In this document: one piece after another, positions 11,572-21,298 of the stretch
Numbering within the stretch: position 1 is the first letter of the stretch
How the letters are laid out: the number at the start of each line of letters is the position of its first letter
Source of the DNA: an uncultured Chloroflexia bacterium
GTDB lineage: Bacteria > Chloroflexota > Limnocylindria > Limnocylindrales > CSP1-4
Length of the DNA stretch: 64,000 bases
Assembly: GCA_963720755.1 (NCBI GenBank)
Contig: CAVRGP010000013.1
Coordinates: 1-64,000 of the forward strand
Reading direction: 5' to 3'
Program-made: the position numbers and the translations under genes
Notes under the pieces: generated by a model
Told to the model about the DNA's origin: nothing
Database searches by the model: none
The model's input: the letters and a program-made list of their open reading frames with translations, nothing else

Positions 11572-12127
11572 AGGCCGGCTTGGCGATCACGATCAGTCGA
11601 GGCGCGGTCCTGGTGTTCCCGAGGCAGGTCTGCAGGGTGATCCGCTCGGAGCTTGTCGGCAGGACCCACTGGCCGGCGTTCCACGCCACCTTGACGACGC
11701 GAGTGACCTTGTACCGGAGGTAGTACCCGGTCTTCAGTCGGAAGATCAGGACGTCGCCGACGTGCGCGTACTTCAGCTTGAGGAACGCGCCGGCCTGGGC
11801 GTGCGCAAACAGGTACGTATTCGATCCACCACCGGGCCATGACGTCGTCGGGTAGTGGTAGGCATATCGGGTGGAGAGGACCGTTCTGAGGGGACCGCCT
11901 TTGATCGGCATGGAGATCCCGATGCGAGGCATGTACATGTAGGTTGCCCGGACAGCCGATGTCAGGCTGGACACCCGGACATAGGTTCGGGCGGCCGTCG
12001 GCTGGACGACGGAGGTGTTGCCGAACGGAGCGGTCGTCAGGGCCGGGACACTGGCGGCTCCGGTCAGGGCGAGGGCCAGAAGCCCTGCCACCCCGATGGA
12101 ACGCGTCGCGCGTGCTGTGAAGCTCAT
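11567..12127 (-). CDS. Sortase-family protein
   Basis: N-terminal hydrophobic anchor; HYPTTSWPGGGSNTYLFAH, ITLQTC and downstream R (His-Cys-Arg triad). Confidence 0.85.
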   Translation of the reverse strand: MSFTARATRSIGVAGLLALALTGAASVPALTTAPFGNTSVVQPTAARTYVRVSSLTSAVRATYMYMPRIGISMPIKGGPLRTVLSTRYAYHYPTTSWPGGGSNTYLFAHAQAGAFLKLKYAHVGDVLIFRLKTGYYLRYKVTRVVKVAWNAGQWVLPTSSERITLQTCLGNTRTAPRLIVIAKPAY

Positions 12128-12212
12128 GTCCTCATCCTGGCCTCCGCGTCAATCGCTCGGAACCCGCCCAGAAGTACCTGGTCTGCATAGTCCGTTGCCG
12201 AGTGACACCGCC

Positions 12213-12239
12213 GGAACCGTCGACGGCCGCATGGCGTCT
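12213..12239 (+). promoter_or_regulatory. ECF sigma-type promoter GGAAC-N17-CGTCT
   Basis: GGAAC 12213-17 and CGTCT 12235-39, upstream of the lipoprotein ATG at 12286. Confidence 0.5.
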
Positions 12240-12285
12240 CGGCGAACGACGCGGCGGTCCCGCGCGCCACACGGAGAGTTTGACG

Positions 12286-13212
12286 ATGCTGTCTCGAAGC
12301 TGGCGGATCGCCCCGGTCACGTTCCTCATTGTCGTTGCCCTGGCTGCGGCTGGATGTAGCTCGACCGGTTCGGCGAGCTCCGCGCCGACGCCGTCGTCCG
12401 TCCCGTCGGCATCCGACCTGCCCTCGCCGTCGCCTTCGGCGGCAGCCGCGACGGTCCTGCTCAAGGTCACGACCGAGGGCGGCTTCATCAATCCCGCCGC
12501 GACACTGGCCGATCTGCCCACGGTCGTGGTCTACGCGGACGGCCGCATCCTCACCCCCGGTCCGATCCCGGAGATCTATCCAGGTCGACTCGTCCCGTCG
12601 GTCGAGGTCCGCGATGTCGGGGCAACGGGCGCCGCGAACATCCTGGCCGCGATCCGGGCAGCGGGGTTGGACCAGGAATCGGGCGCCGGGGGCGGGCCCG
12701 GGATGCCGGACGCGGGGACGGACGTCTTCACGGTCGTCGTCGACGGCGTGACCACGGTGTCTCGGATCACGGGTGGCGGACCCGCCGGACCGATCGGTGG
12801 CCCTCCGGTCGGACCGGCTGCCTCCGGCGGTGACGCGCAGACACCCGCTCTCGCCCTTCTCGATCGACTGCTCGACCCGTCCGAGTCGTGGGGCGCCTCG
12901 GCGGCGGCCCCGGTGAGCTATGACCCGACGGGCTACAAGATCTATGTCGTGCCCGGCGCGCCCGCGGCCGACCCGAGCCTGACCGAACCGGACCTCGCCT
13001 GGCCGCTCGCCACGTCACTCGCCGATTTCGGGACGCCGGCCGCGGCGGACCGGGGGATCGTCGGGCTGCGTGAGGGGGTCGTCCTCGGTGACGATGCCGC
13101 CGCCGTGGCGCCGATCCTCGCCCAGGCGACCACGCTGACGGCGTTCACGTCCGACGGCGCGTCCTACACGTTGTTCGTCCGACCGCTCCTGCCCGACGAG
13201 GTCGGTGGTTGA
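12286..13212 (+). CDS. Hypothetical lipoprotein
   Basis: RBS GGAG; lipobox ALAAAGC; Ser/Pro linker. Confidence 0.75.
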   Translation: MLSRSWRIAPVTFLIVVALAAAGCSSTGSASSAPTPSSVPSASDLPSPSPSAAAATVLLKVTTEGGFINPAATLADLPTVVVYADGRILTPGPIPEIYPGRLVPSVEVRDVGATGAANILAAIRAAGLDQESGAGGGPGMPDAGTDVFTVVVDGVTTVSRITGGGPAGPIGGPPVGPAASGGDAQTPALALLDRLLDPSESWGASAAAPVSYDPTGYKIYVVPGAPAADPSLTEPDLAWPLATSLADFGTPAAADRGIVGLREGVVLGDDAAAVAPILAQATTLTAFTSDGASYTLFVRPLLPDEVGG

Positions 13213-13338
13213 CGATCCAGGCCCGTTTGGCGATCCCGCGGTACCATCCGGCCGGATCATCCAGCGGAGTTCGAGCATGCGCGGTCGGTCAGGGTCGGTG
13301 CAGGAGTGAGTCGTCGACGGTCGCCTCGCCGCGACCGA

Positions 13339-14445
13339 ATGGCGCCGCCGCTGACGCCACGGCCCTCGACGGACCGGCACGACCCGGTCGAGCCTGAGGT
13401 CCCGCTCAGCGAACGGATCGCCACCGCGACCGTGCCGGCGGCGGCGCTGTTGCCGCTCCGCTTCTTCTTCGGCGTGACGTTCCTGTACGCGGGTCTCGAC
13501 AAGCTGCTCGATCCCACGTTCTTCGACTCGGCGAGCGCGGGTTCCATCCATGCCCAACTGGTCGAATTCAGCCGGGTCTCGCCGCTGGGGGACCTTGCCC
13601 GGCTCAGCGAACCATTCGCCGTCCCGATCGGCCTGATCATCGCCCTGGGGGAGATCGGGATCGGTCTCGGAGCACTGACCGGGCTCGCGTTCCGGGTGGC
13701 CGCCGCCGGGGGTGCCATCCTGTCGCTGTTGTTCTGGCTGACCGCCTCCTGGACGACCCAACCCTATTACTACGGCCCGGATCTTCCGTACGCGGTCGGG
13801 TGGATCGTCCTGGCGCTGGCGGGCACGGGCGGCCTCCTCGTCCCGCGGCAATGGCTGGCCCGACCTGAGCCGGCGGGCCGTGGCGTTCGCTCGCGACAGC
13901 GGGACCTCGACGATGCGGACCCCACTCGCCGGCTGGTCCTCCAGACCGGTCTCCTCGGGGTCGCGGCGGTCGTCGTCGCCTCGTTCGCAGCCCCGTTGCG
14001 CGTGATGGGCTTCTCGCTGACCAGCCACACCGCGACGCCGGTCGGGCCGACACCGAGCGGCCCGACCCCGAGTGCCACGCCACCCGTGGCTGGTGCCACG
14101 CCACCCACCGGGATCGCCGTCGCGACGGTCGCCCAGGTCGATCAACAGGGAACGGCCTCGTTCACGATCCCGTTCACGGCCCCGGCGCCGCTTCCCGCCG
14201 GCGACCCCGGCATCATCGTCAAACTCGCCGACGGTTCGTACGTCGCCTACGACGCGGTCTGCACCCACGAGGGCTGCACGGTCGAATGGGACGCTCCCGA
14301 TGGGGTCATCTTCTGTCCGTGCCACGGCGCGGCCTTCGACGCGACCAACAACGGCGCAGTCCTGCAGGGACCGACCCGGCGACCCCTGACGAGCCTGCCG
14401 CTCGTCATCGACTCGGCCACCGGCCAGGTCCTGCTGCAGACCTGA
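13339..14445 (+). CDS. DoxD/DoxX (TQO small subunit-like) membrane domain fused to a Rieske [2Fe-2S] domain
   Basis: LLPLRFFFGVTFLYAGLDKLLDP, YYYGPDL; Rieske motifs CTHEGC and CPCHG. Alternative GTG start at 13306. Confidence 0.85.
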   Translation: MAPPLTPRPSTDRHDPVEPEVPLSERIATATVPAAALLPLRFFFGVTFLYAGLDKLLDPTFFDSASAGSIHAQLVEFSRVSPLGDLARLSEPFAVPIGLIIALGEIGIGLGALTGLAFRVAAAGGAILSLLFWLTASWTTQPYYYGPDLPYAVGWIVLALAGTGGLLVPRQWLARPEPAGRGVRSRQRDLDDADPTRRLVLQTGLLGVAAVVVASFAAPLRVMGFSLTSHTATPVGPTPSGPTPSATPPVAGATPPTGIAVATVAQVDQQGTASFTIPFTAPAPLPAGDPGIIVKLADGSYVAYDAVCTHEGCTVEWDAPDGVIFCPCHGAAFDATNNGAVLQGPTRRPLTSLPLVIDSATGQVLLQT

Positions 14446-14455
14446 GCCGCTCCGC

Positions 14456-15193
14456 CTACCCGACGGTCGCGACCCGCTGGACTTCGTTGCCCTCGATCGC
14501 GCAGACGAGGTCGAGGTCGTCGATACGCCCGATGGTGAACTCGTAGTCCCGGATCTGATCCGTGCGCCGAAGATAGGCGACGCTGTTGCTGATCTCGATC
14601 GCGGTCACGGGCGCTCCACGCCAGCGTTCGATCACCTGGCAGGTCGACTCATCCTCGGCGCGATACCCCGCGACCAGGAGCGCGTCCGCGATCCGGGCGC
14701 ACCCGAGCTGGTCCTCTTCGCGGAACTCGCCGCGACTGCCCGCACCGATGACCGCGATCCGCTCGTGCCGGCCGATCAGATGTCGCGACATCGCCGTCAG
14801 GTTCCGGAGGCAGGCCGCGTAGGCGCCGTGCGCCGACTGGCCGGCGGCGAGCATCAACTCGGTGCCCGAGGTGCTCAGCATGACGAGGGGACGCTCGACA
14901 TCCTCGCGAGCCATCAGATCGGTCGGGCTGTTGTTCATGTCGAACCCGTAGGGCATGAACCCGCCGAGCTCGCCCGCGAGGATGGCGTCACCGACCCGAT
15001 CCCGGAGAGCGGCGGCATCCTCGAGATCGGTCGCGACCAGGCACCGTCGGCCGGTCGCGACCGCGGTGACCGCCAGGGTGGTCGCACGGATCACATCGAC
15101 GGCCACGATCGTGTGGCTTTCCCGGTAGCGATCCGCGCTGTCCGGAAAGCAGTCGATGACGACGCTTGGCTGGTTCAAATCTCGATCCCCCAT
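14456..15193 (-). CDS. comB: 2-phosphosulfolactate phosphatase family
   Basis: VAVDVIRATT, ILAGELGG, FDMNNSP, STSGT, EED motifs. Confidence 0.85.
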   Translation of the reverse strand: MGDRDLNQPSVVIDCFPDSADRYRESHTIVAVDVIRATTLAVTAVATGRRCLVATDLEDAAALRDRVGDAILAGELGGFMPYGFDMNNSPTDLMAREDVERPLVMLSTSGTELMLAAGQSAHGAYAACLRNLTAMSRHLIGRHERIAVIGAGSRGEFREEDQLGCARIADALLVAGYRAEDESTCQVIERWRGAPVTAIEISNSVAYLRRTDQIRDYEFTIGRIDDLDLVCAIEGNEVQRVATVG

Positions 15194-15204
15194 GGATGTT
15201 CGGA

Positions 15205-16047
15205 TCAGGCGGGTCGGGCCGGGCGGAGGTTCTCGTGCTCGAACGCGTCCGAGTGCAGTCCACGACGGTAGATCTCGACGCGCAGGATCTCCTCGAGCCG
15301 GATGTTGCACAGGTGGACATCGCGACCGAAGTGGTTCAGGAGGGCGAACTGGCTGGGCTTGTTGGGTGCCTCGAAGATCGCGGTCTCGAGGCCGAACGCA
15401 TCGGCGAACCGGTCGGCGGTCGCGGCGTTGAAGTTGCCGTGCTCGTCGAAGCAGCCGACGCCCATGGCGTTCTCTCGAGCTTCGATCACGACCTGCAGGG
15501 CACCGGCGTCGAGCCAGCTCCGACCCTGGTCGATCAGGTCGGTGACCACGTCGGAGGTGAAGGCTCCATCGTGCTTCTTGCCGAGTTCGAACTGGACCTG
15601 GAGGCCGCGTTCTCGCGCCATCCCGACGACCTCGGCGGGCGGGAGGGACATGTCCGTGAACCCCTCGCCGGCTTCGATCCGGGTGATCCCGATATCGGCG
15701 ACCAGATCCAGGTAGAGCGGCAGCTGGCCCTGCTGGACCGCGACCTCGAACGGTCCACCGCCGGTGACCGTCGGGACGCCGTAGTGCGTGCAGGCAGCGA
15801 CCTTCCAACGCGTGACGTCCTCGTCACAGACCTGCCAGCACGCCATGGAGATCTTCATCGTCTCCATGAGATGCCGGCTCTGGATCAGGTGACCGTGGAA
15901 CGTGAATGGGTCGTACCCGGGATCGAACGGGCACGTCGTGGGCGTCATCTCCGGGACGCCGATCGACTCCAGGTACGCGCTCGTATGCAGTTTCCCGGCC
16001 GGAACGTCCAGATCCAGGAGACCCCGCAAGCCGTCCATCACCGCCAC
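15205..16047 (-). CDS. comA: Phosphosulfolactate synthase family (divergent)
   Basis: TGGGPFE, IEAGEGF, ELGKK, VVIEARE, IFEAP and YRRGL match the ComA TIM-barrel pattern. Confidence 0.85.
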   Translation of the reverse strand: MAVMDGLRGLLDLDVPAGKLHTSAYLESIGVPEMTPTTCPFDPGYDPFTFHGHLIQSRHLMETMKISMACWQVCDEDVTRWKVAACTHYGVPTVTGGGPFEVAVQQGQLPLYLDLVADIGITRIEAGEGFTDMSLPPAEVVGMARERGLQVQFELGKKHDGAFTSDVVTDLIDQGRSWLDAGALQVVIEARENAMGVGCFDEHGNFNAATADRFADAFGLETAIFEAPNKPSQFALLNHFGRDVHLCNIRLEEILRVEIYRRGLHSDAFEHENLRPARPA

Positions 16048-16139
16048 TCCTTCAGGTCAGGTGTGCTGTGTGCTGGCGCCGCCCGGGTGGTCTAGGGCCG
16101 TGGGCCGGACCAGGTCACGTGTCGAACCTGCCTGTGTGA

Positions 16140-16156
16140 CGACATCCTAGATGTCG
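16140..16156. promoter_or_regulatory. Inverted repeat upstream of comA (candidate operator)
   Basis: CGACATC-CTA-GATGTCG. Confidence 0.35.
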
Positions 16157-16248
16157 CGGATGGCCCGGGGGACCGTGTCCGGTGCGTCGGATCCATCATG
16201 TGGTGCTCGCTCGCACCGTCGGCGCGGCCGCCGGTATCGCCGCGGGTC

Positions 16249-17445
16249 CTAGAGGCTCGTCCGGCCCGACTTCCTGCGAACCCATGCGGCCATGACATCG
16301 CGGAACGGGGCAAGGTCGTCGCGTGCGAAGTAGCTCGTCTCCTGGACCCCCTTGAGCGAGGTCACCCAGTCGCGGATCGACAACTTGCCATCCCGGCGGT
16401 ATTGGATCGCCGAATCGAGATCGCCGCCTTCGACCATCCACTTGCGTCCTTCGATCGGCTCGGCCTTCGGGACGGGTTGTCCGGTGAGATCCAGGTACAG
16501 CACGCGAGCGACGTCGAGGCCGTTGCGCGCGACGAACAACCGGAAGGTGGCGCCGATCCGCGGGTTGGCATCGAGGACTTTGTACTGCCCGTCGCGGGCG
16601 TCGAAGCGATAGCCGATGTCGAGGATGCCCCGGTAGCCGAGCGCCTTCATCCATCGCGTCGTGGTCTCGAGGACGACGTCATTGGTCAGGCAGATCCCCA
16701 GACTCGTCACCCCGGTGTACACCGGGGTCTGTCGCAGCTTGCGTCCCGTGAACCCGGCCAGGCAGTCGGACGCACCGTCGAAGTAGCCGTTGAACATCCA
16801 CACGTCGTGCTCACCGCCGGGGATGTACTCCTGCAGCATCAGGTTCGGCTCGGCCGGGTCCTCCATCTCCCGGTACAGGCGGACGAGGTCCTCAGGGTGC
16901 TCGACGATGACCATCTTCGTGCCGGTCCGCTGCTTCAGCCGGTCCCCATCGATGCCTTTCAGCATCACCGGGAACTGCGCTCCGGCGGCGAAGCGCTCGA
17001 CGTCTTCGACCGCGCTCGGAAAGACGACGTCCGGGGTCGGCACCGAATGTTCCCTGGCGAGGAAGTGCATCTTCTTCTTGTCGGCCAACGATCGAGCCAG
17101 GTCCGCGGGTTGTCGCGGGAACAGGAAGTACTCACCGAGCACGTCCTGATAGTCGGACACCAGGATCGACGTCGTGTCCCAGGTCGGGATGAGCACCGTC
17201 GGGCGACCGATCCGTTTACCGAGATCGAGGAGGTAGTCGACGAGCGACTCCGGCGACGCGCCTTCCATGTCGAAGATGAATCGGCTGCGCAGGTAGCGCG
17301 AATGAGCGGCCGGGCGCTTCTGATCGGCATCGACGGCGTCCACGGCGACGCCCAGCCGTCCGAGGCTGCGGATGATCCCGAGACAGCCGTAATTCTGGGC
17401 GCTCAGGACAAGCGCCGGCGTGCTCGCGTCGAGCTTGCGCTTCAC
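16249..17445 (-). CDS. ATP-grasp carboxylate-amine ligase (D-aspartate ligase-like)
   Basis: LGIIRSLGRLG, HSRY, FPVMLK, MLQEYIPG, GRKLRQ, DARDGQYKVLDANPR. Confidence 0.85.
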   Translation of the reverse strand: MKRKLDASTPALVLSAQNYGCLGIIRSLGRLGVAVDAVDADQKRPAAHSRYLRSRFIFDMEGASPESLVDYLLDLGKRIGRPTVLIPTWDTTSILVSDYQDVLGEYFLFPRQPADLARSLADKKKMHFLAREHSVPTPDVVFPSAVEDVERFAAGAQFPVMLKGIDGDRLKQRTGTKMVIVEHPEDLVRLYREMEDPAEPNLMLQEYIPGGEHDVWMFNGYFDGASDCLAGFTGRKLRQTPVYTGVTSLGICLTNDVVLETTTRWMKALGYRGILDIGYRFDARDGQYKVLDANPRIGATFRLFVARNGLDVARVLYLDLTGQPVPKAEPIEGRKWMVEGGDLDSAIQYRRDGKLSIRDWVTSLKGVQETSYFARDDLAPFRDVMAAWVRRKSGRTSL

Positions 17446-17526
17446 GAACGTTCCGACATGGGGAGCCTGTGGATCAGCGACATGAGCGCGTAGGATACCC
17501 GGCCCGCGGCCACCGGAGAAGGCGCG

Positions 17527-17814
17527 TCATCGGGGGCCGTCCCGGATCCACCGCTCGTATTCCGGGAAGTAGCGGCCGATGACCGGCAGGTCGAAGGTCG
17601 ACAGGATCGATCCCTTCGGTTCCCGGGCCAGCAGGAACACGAACGACCGCCGGACGAGGTCGGTCGGGTCCGTCGCACCCGGATCGAGCCGGGCCAGATC
17701 GGTCGCAGACACGGTGACCCGATGCCGGCTGGTCGAGCCGTCGGGATCGCTGAGGTCCACCGCGCAGGTCCACCCGGACCCGGAGGCGGTGCACGAGACC
17801 CGGACCTCGGTCAT
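17527..17814 (-). CDS. Conserved hypothetical small protein
   Basis: LVRRSFVFLLAREPKGSILSTFDLPVIGRYFPEYE; ATGA overlap at 17811-17814. Confidence 0.7.
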   Translation of the reverse strand: MTEVRVSCTASGSGWTCAVDLSDPDGSTSRHRVTVSATDLARLDPGATDPTDLVRRSFVFLLAREPKGSILSTFDLPVIGRYFPEYERWIRDGPR

Positions 17815-20800
17815 GACCGTGCGCACCGGCACGCAGACCGAGCCGGGCCTCGATGTCCCTGGCGCGATCGAGATCCTCGGTCGTGGCCGAACCGAGCCGC
17901 TCGAGGACGCCGATCGATCGATACGCCCACCACGGCGCGTTCTGCACGGCATCTTCCGCGAGCGCAGTCCGAGCCGCACTCGCCGCCGTCGCCGGATCGC
18001 CCGCGACCTCGGCCACCCACGCGGTGACGAGCGCGGTCGAGCGGTCCGCCAGGGGCTCGTGATCGATCTCGGACCGATCGGGGAGGGAGGCGAGGGCCGT
18101 GCGTGCATCGTCGATCCTGCCCGCGTCAAGCATCGCCCGGACGACTCGTTCGATCGCCGCCAGCCAGTCCGCCGAATCGTAGGCGAGCCCGAACGCCGGG
18201 CCGAGACGAGCGAGATCCGGCGTGGTGCTCGGGTCGGAGTCCGGCCGAAGCGAGGTCGATGTCCACCGCGGCATGCATGAGCCGCCCGTACGGACTATCC
18301 GGGAAGGTGTCCTCCCGATCGCGCGCCTCGAACCAGCTGGCCGCCCGCTCCAGGATCGCCGTGTCGCCCCGGGCCGCGGCGATCGGACTGAGCACGAACC
18401 AGGTGCGCACGACCACCCGGTGATAGCTGTCGGCCTCGCCCAGGTCGAGCGCGAGGAGCGCCTGTTCGACGGCTCGGTCCCAGTCGCCCGTCACGAACGC
18501 TCGATGCGCCCGCGTCTGCGCCAGCCAGGCCCGTGATTCGGTCTGCCCGTGGGCGTCGGCGAGCGCGTCCGTCAGGTCGGCGAGTTCCTCGAAGGCGGCT
18601 GCATCCGAGGTGCGCGCGGCCGCGCTCAGGTACGCCCTGGTTGCCTCGGGCCACCGGCCGCGGGCTGCGTACCCGTCGGCCAGGTCACGCCACTCATCGA
18701 CGCCATCTTCGCCGGTCTCTGAGCGCAGCCTGACGTCGGTATGCAGCGCGGCCAGGATGAGGTCGGGATCGCCCAGGGCGGTCGCGCGCGCACGAACCGC
18801 GGCGGCCTCGGGAAGGAGCGATCGCGGGTCGTTGACGAGTGCGTTCCGCGCCTCGATCGCGATGAGGTCGAGCGGCAACCGCGCGACGTCGTCATCGGTC
18901 CCGACCAGCTCCAGCGCGTGGTCGGCGACCGCCAGTGCCTCCGCGAACCGGGTCTGCTCGAACCGGGCCGAAGCCAGCGACCGGGCGGCTCTCGACAGGT
19001 CCCGCCGACGCGTTCCCGGGTCCGCGGCCGCCGACCCCGTCCCCGCCGTCAGCCCCGCCTCGAAACAGGTCGTCGCGCGCGCATACGCGTCGATCGCCTC
19101 GTCCAGGCTGCCGCTGCCCGCGAGCGAGTCGCCGAGGCGGGTCAACCGGCGGCCCAGCGCATCGAGGTCGTCCTCGGGGGTGAGGTCGATCGACTGCCGA
19201 AGCGCGGCCCTGGCGGCCTCGTGCGCGGCCAGCTCGATCGCTCGGTCGCCGGCCCGTTCCAGCCACGCGGCCGCCCGAGCGGCGACCTCAGTGCGGCCCA
19301 ACCCGGACCCGACGGTGGCCGCGATCCTGGACGAATTGGCGAGCGCCTCGGCGTAGTGACCGCCGATCGCCGCCGCGTACGGATCCACCGCCGCACCGGC
19401 CGTCGCCTCCAGCCAGCCGGCCACGCGGAGGTGGAGATCGGCTCGATCGGACCGCGCGAGGCTGGCGTATCCGGCGTCCCGGACGAGCGCGTGCCGATAG
19501 GCGTACGAGTCACCGAGGACGCGGTCCTCGTCCGGGCCGCTGACGACCGCGCGACGAGCGAGCTCGGCCACGGTCGCTCCCGGATCGGCGGCGCCCAGTT
19601 CGGGCAGGATCGCGACGGGGAAGCGTCGTCCGGCCACGGCGGCCCGGCGTGCGGTCGTCCGGGCGTCGCCGGGCAGGTCGTCGAGCTGCGATGCGTAGAT
19701 GGCCTGGATCGTCGTCGGCAGCGGCACATCGGTCGCGGGGGTCGTGAGCCGCCACGCCCCGTCCGGCCGGGACCGGTCGAGCGTTCCGAGGCTCACCCAG
19801 GTCCGCAGCAACTCCTCGATGAACAGCGGGTTGCCGTCCGCCCGATCCACGATCCTGGACACCAATCCGTCGGGCAGGGCGTCGCCGACCAGCGCGTGGA
19901 CGAGCCCCCGCGCATCGACCGACGGGAGCGGTGCCAGGTCCATCCGATCCCAGGCGTCGCCGACACGGACCGACATGGACGGTCTCGCGGTACCGACCAC
20001 GAGCGACCCGTGCCATCCCGGATCGGCCCCGAGACGCTCGATGAAGTCGATCTCATCGGCCGTGGCCCAGTGCAGGTCTTCGGCAAGCCAGCAGACCGGC
20101 CGCGGACCGGCGAGGGCTCGCAATGCCACCGACCAGGCGGCGAACCGCTCGTCCCGGTCGCCGATCCCTTCGGCACGGCCGGGTTCCGAGGGCGCGGGTG
20201 ACAGCACCTGCTCGACCGCATCGGCGATCACGCCCGCACGGACCGTCGACACGCCGGCCTCCTTCGCGAGCTGCTCGAAGGCACGTCGCGATGCGGTCGA
20301 TCCCCAACCGGCCGATCCCCCAGGCCCGGCTCCCTCGAACAGTCCGGCGCCCGACAGGGCCGAAGTCATCACATCGTGGATGAGGGCGAATGGCGCGCCG
20401 CGTTCCTGCCTGGACCGGGTGCGCCAGATCATCCGGTCGGTCGACTCGGCGAGTCGGTCCGCGAACTCCGCGAGCAGGCGGCTCTTGCCGACACCGGGCG
20501 GGGCCAGGATGAGGACCCGTCGCGTCGCCCCCGCTCGTGCCTCCGAAGCTGCCGTCATCAGTCGATCCAGTTCATCGGATCGCCCCATCGTGGGTGCGAC
20601 CATCCCGCCCATCGCGAGGTCGCGCGACGGCTCCGGCCGGATGCGCACGACCAGTCGAGTCGGGACGGGCTCGGCCTTGCCCTTGAGTGCGATCGACCGG
20701 GCGGGTTCGAGTTCGATCGACCCCTCGACCGCGAGCGCCGTCTCGGCACCGACCATGACCCGCCCCGGGTCGGCCGCGGCCTGCAGTCGGGCCGCGACGT

Positions 20801-21209
20801 TGACGATGTCCCCGGTGACCCGCCCGAGTGCGGTTCCCTGGCCCTCGGTCGGGACGGCCGCCCCGATCACCGCCTCCCCGCTGTTGATCCCGACCCGGAT
20901 CCGCAGGTCGTCGACGTCGAGTCCGAGTCGGGGACCCAGGCTGTCCACCCCGTTGATCAGCGCCAGGCCGGCCCGCACCGCCCGCTCGGCGTCATCGTCC
21001 CGGGCCTGGCCCAGCCCGAAGACCGCCATGACCGCGTCGCCGATGAACTTCTCGAGGCTGCCGCCATACCGGCCGACCGTGTCGCGAACGACCTCGAAGT
21101 AGGCATCCTGGATCGTCGCGACATCCTCGGCGTCGAGCCGCTCGGACAGCGACGTGAAGTCGACGAGATCGGCGAACAGGACGGTGACGATCCGGCGCTC
21201 GATGGACAT
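17811..21209 (-). CDS. Class III adenylate/guanylate cyclase + AAA/STAND ATPase + TPR region; frameshift(s) near the 3' end
   Basis: VTVLFADLVDFT, KFIGDAVMAVFG, GDIVNVAARLQ; Walker A PPGVGKSRL; EDLHWA; GNPLFIEEL. The C-terminus continues in another frame from ~18225. Confidence 0.88.
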
Positions 21210-21298
21210 GCGACCTCCCCGGGCCACTGTAGCGCCGTCCCGTGGCATAGTGAGAAGACTGTGAGAACGAGATCGACCACGCCACGACCGAGCATGTC

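Noticed and set aside
14456-16047. Complete coenzyme M biosynthesis
   Set aside because: Only comA and comB are seen. No comC, comDE or bacterial xcb-type partners are in the window.
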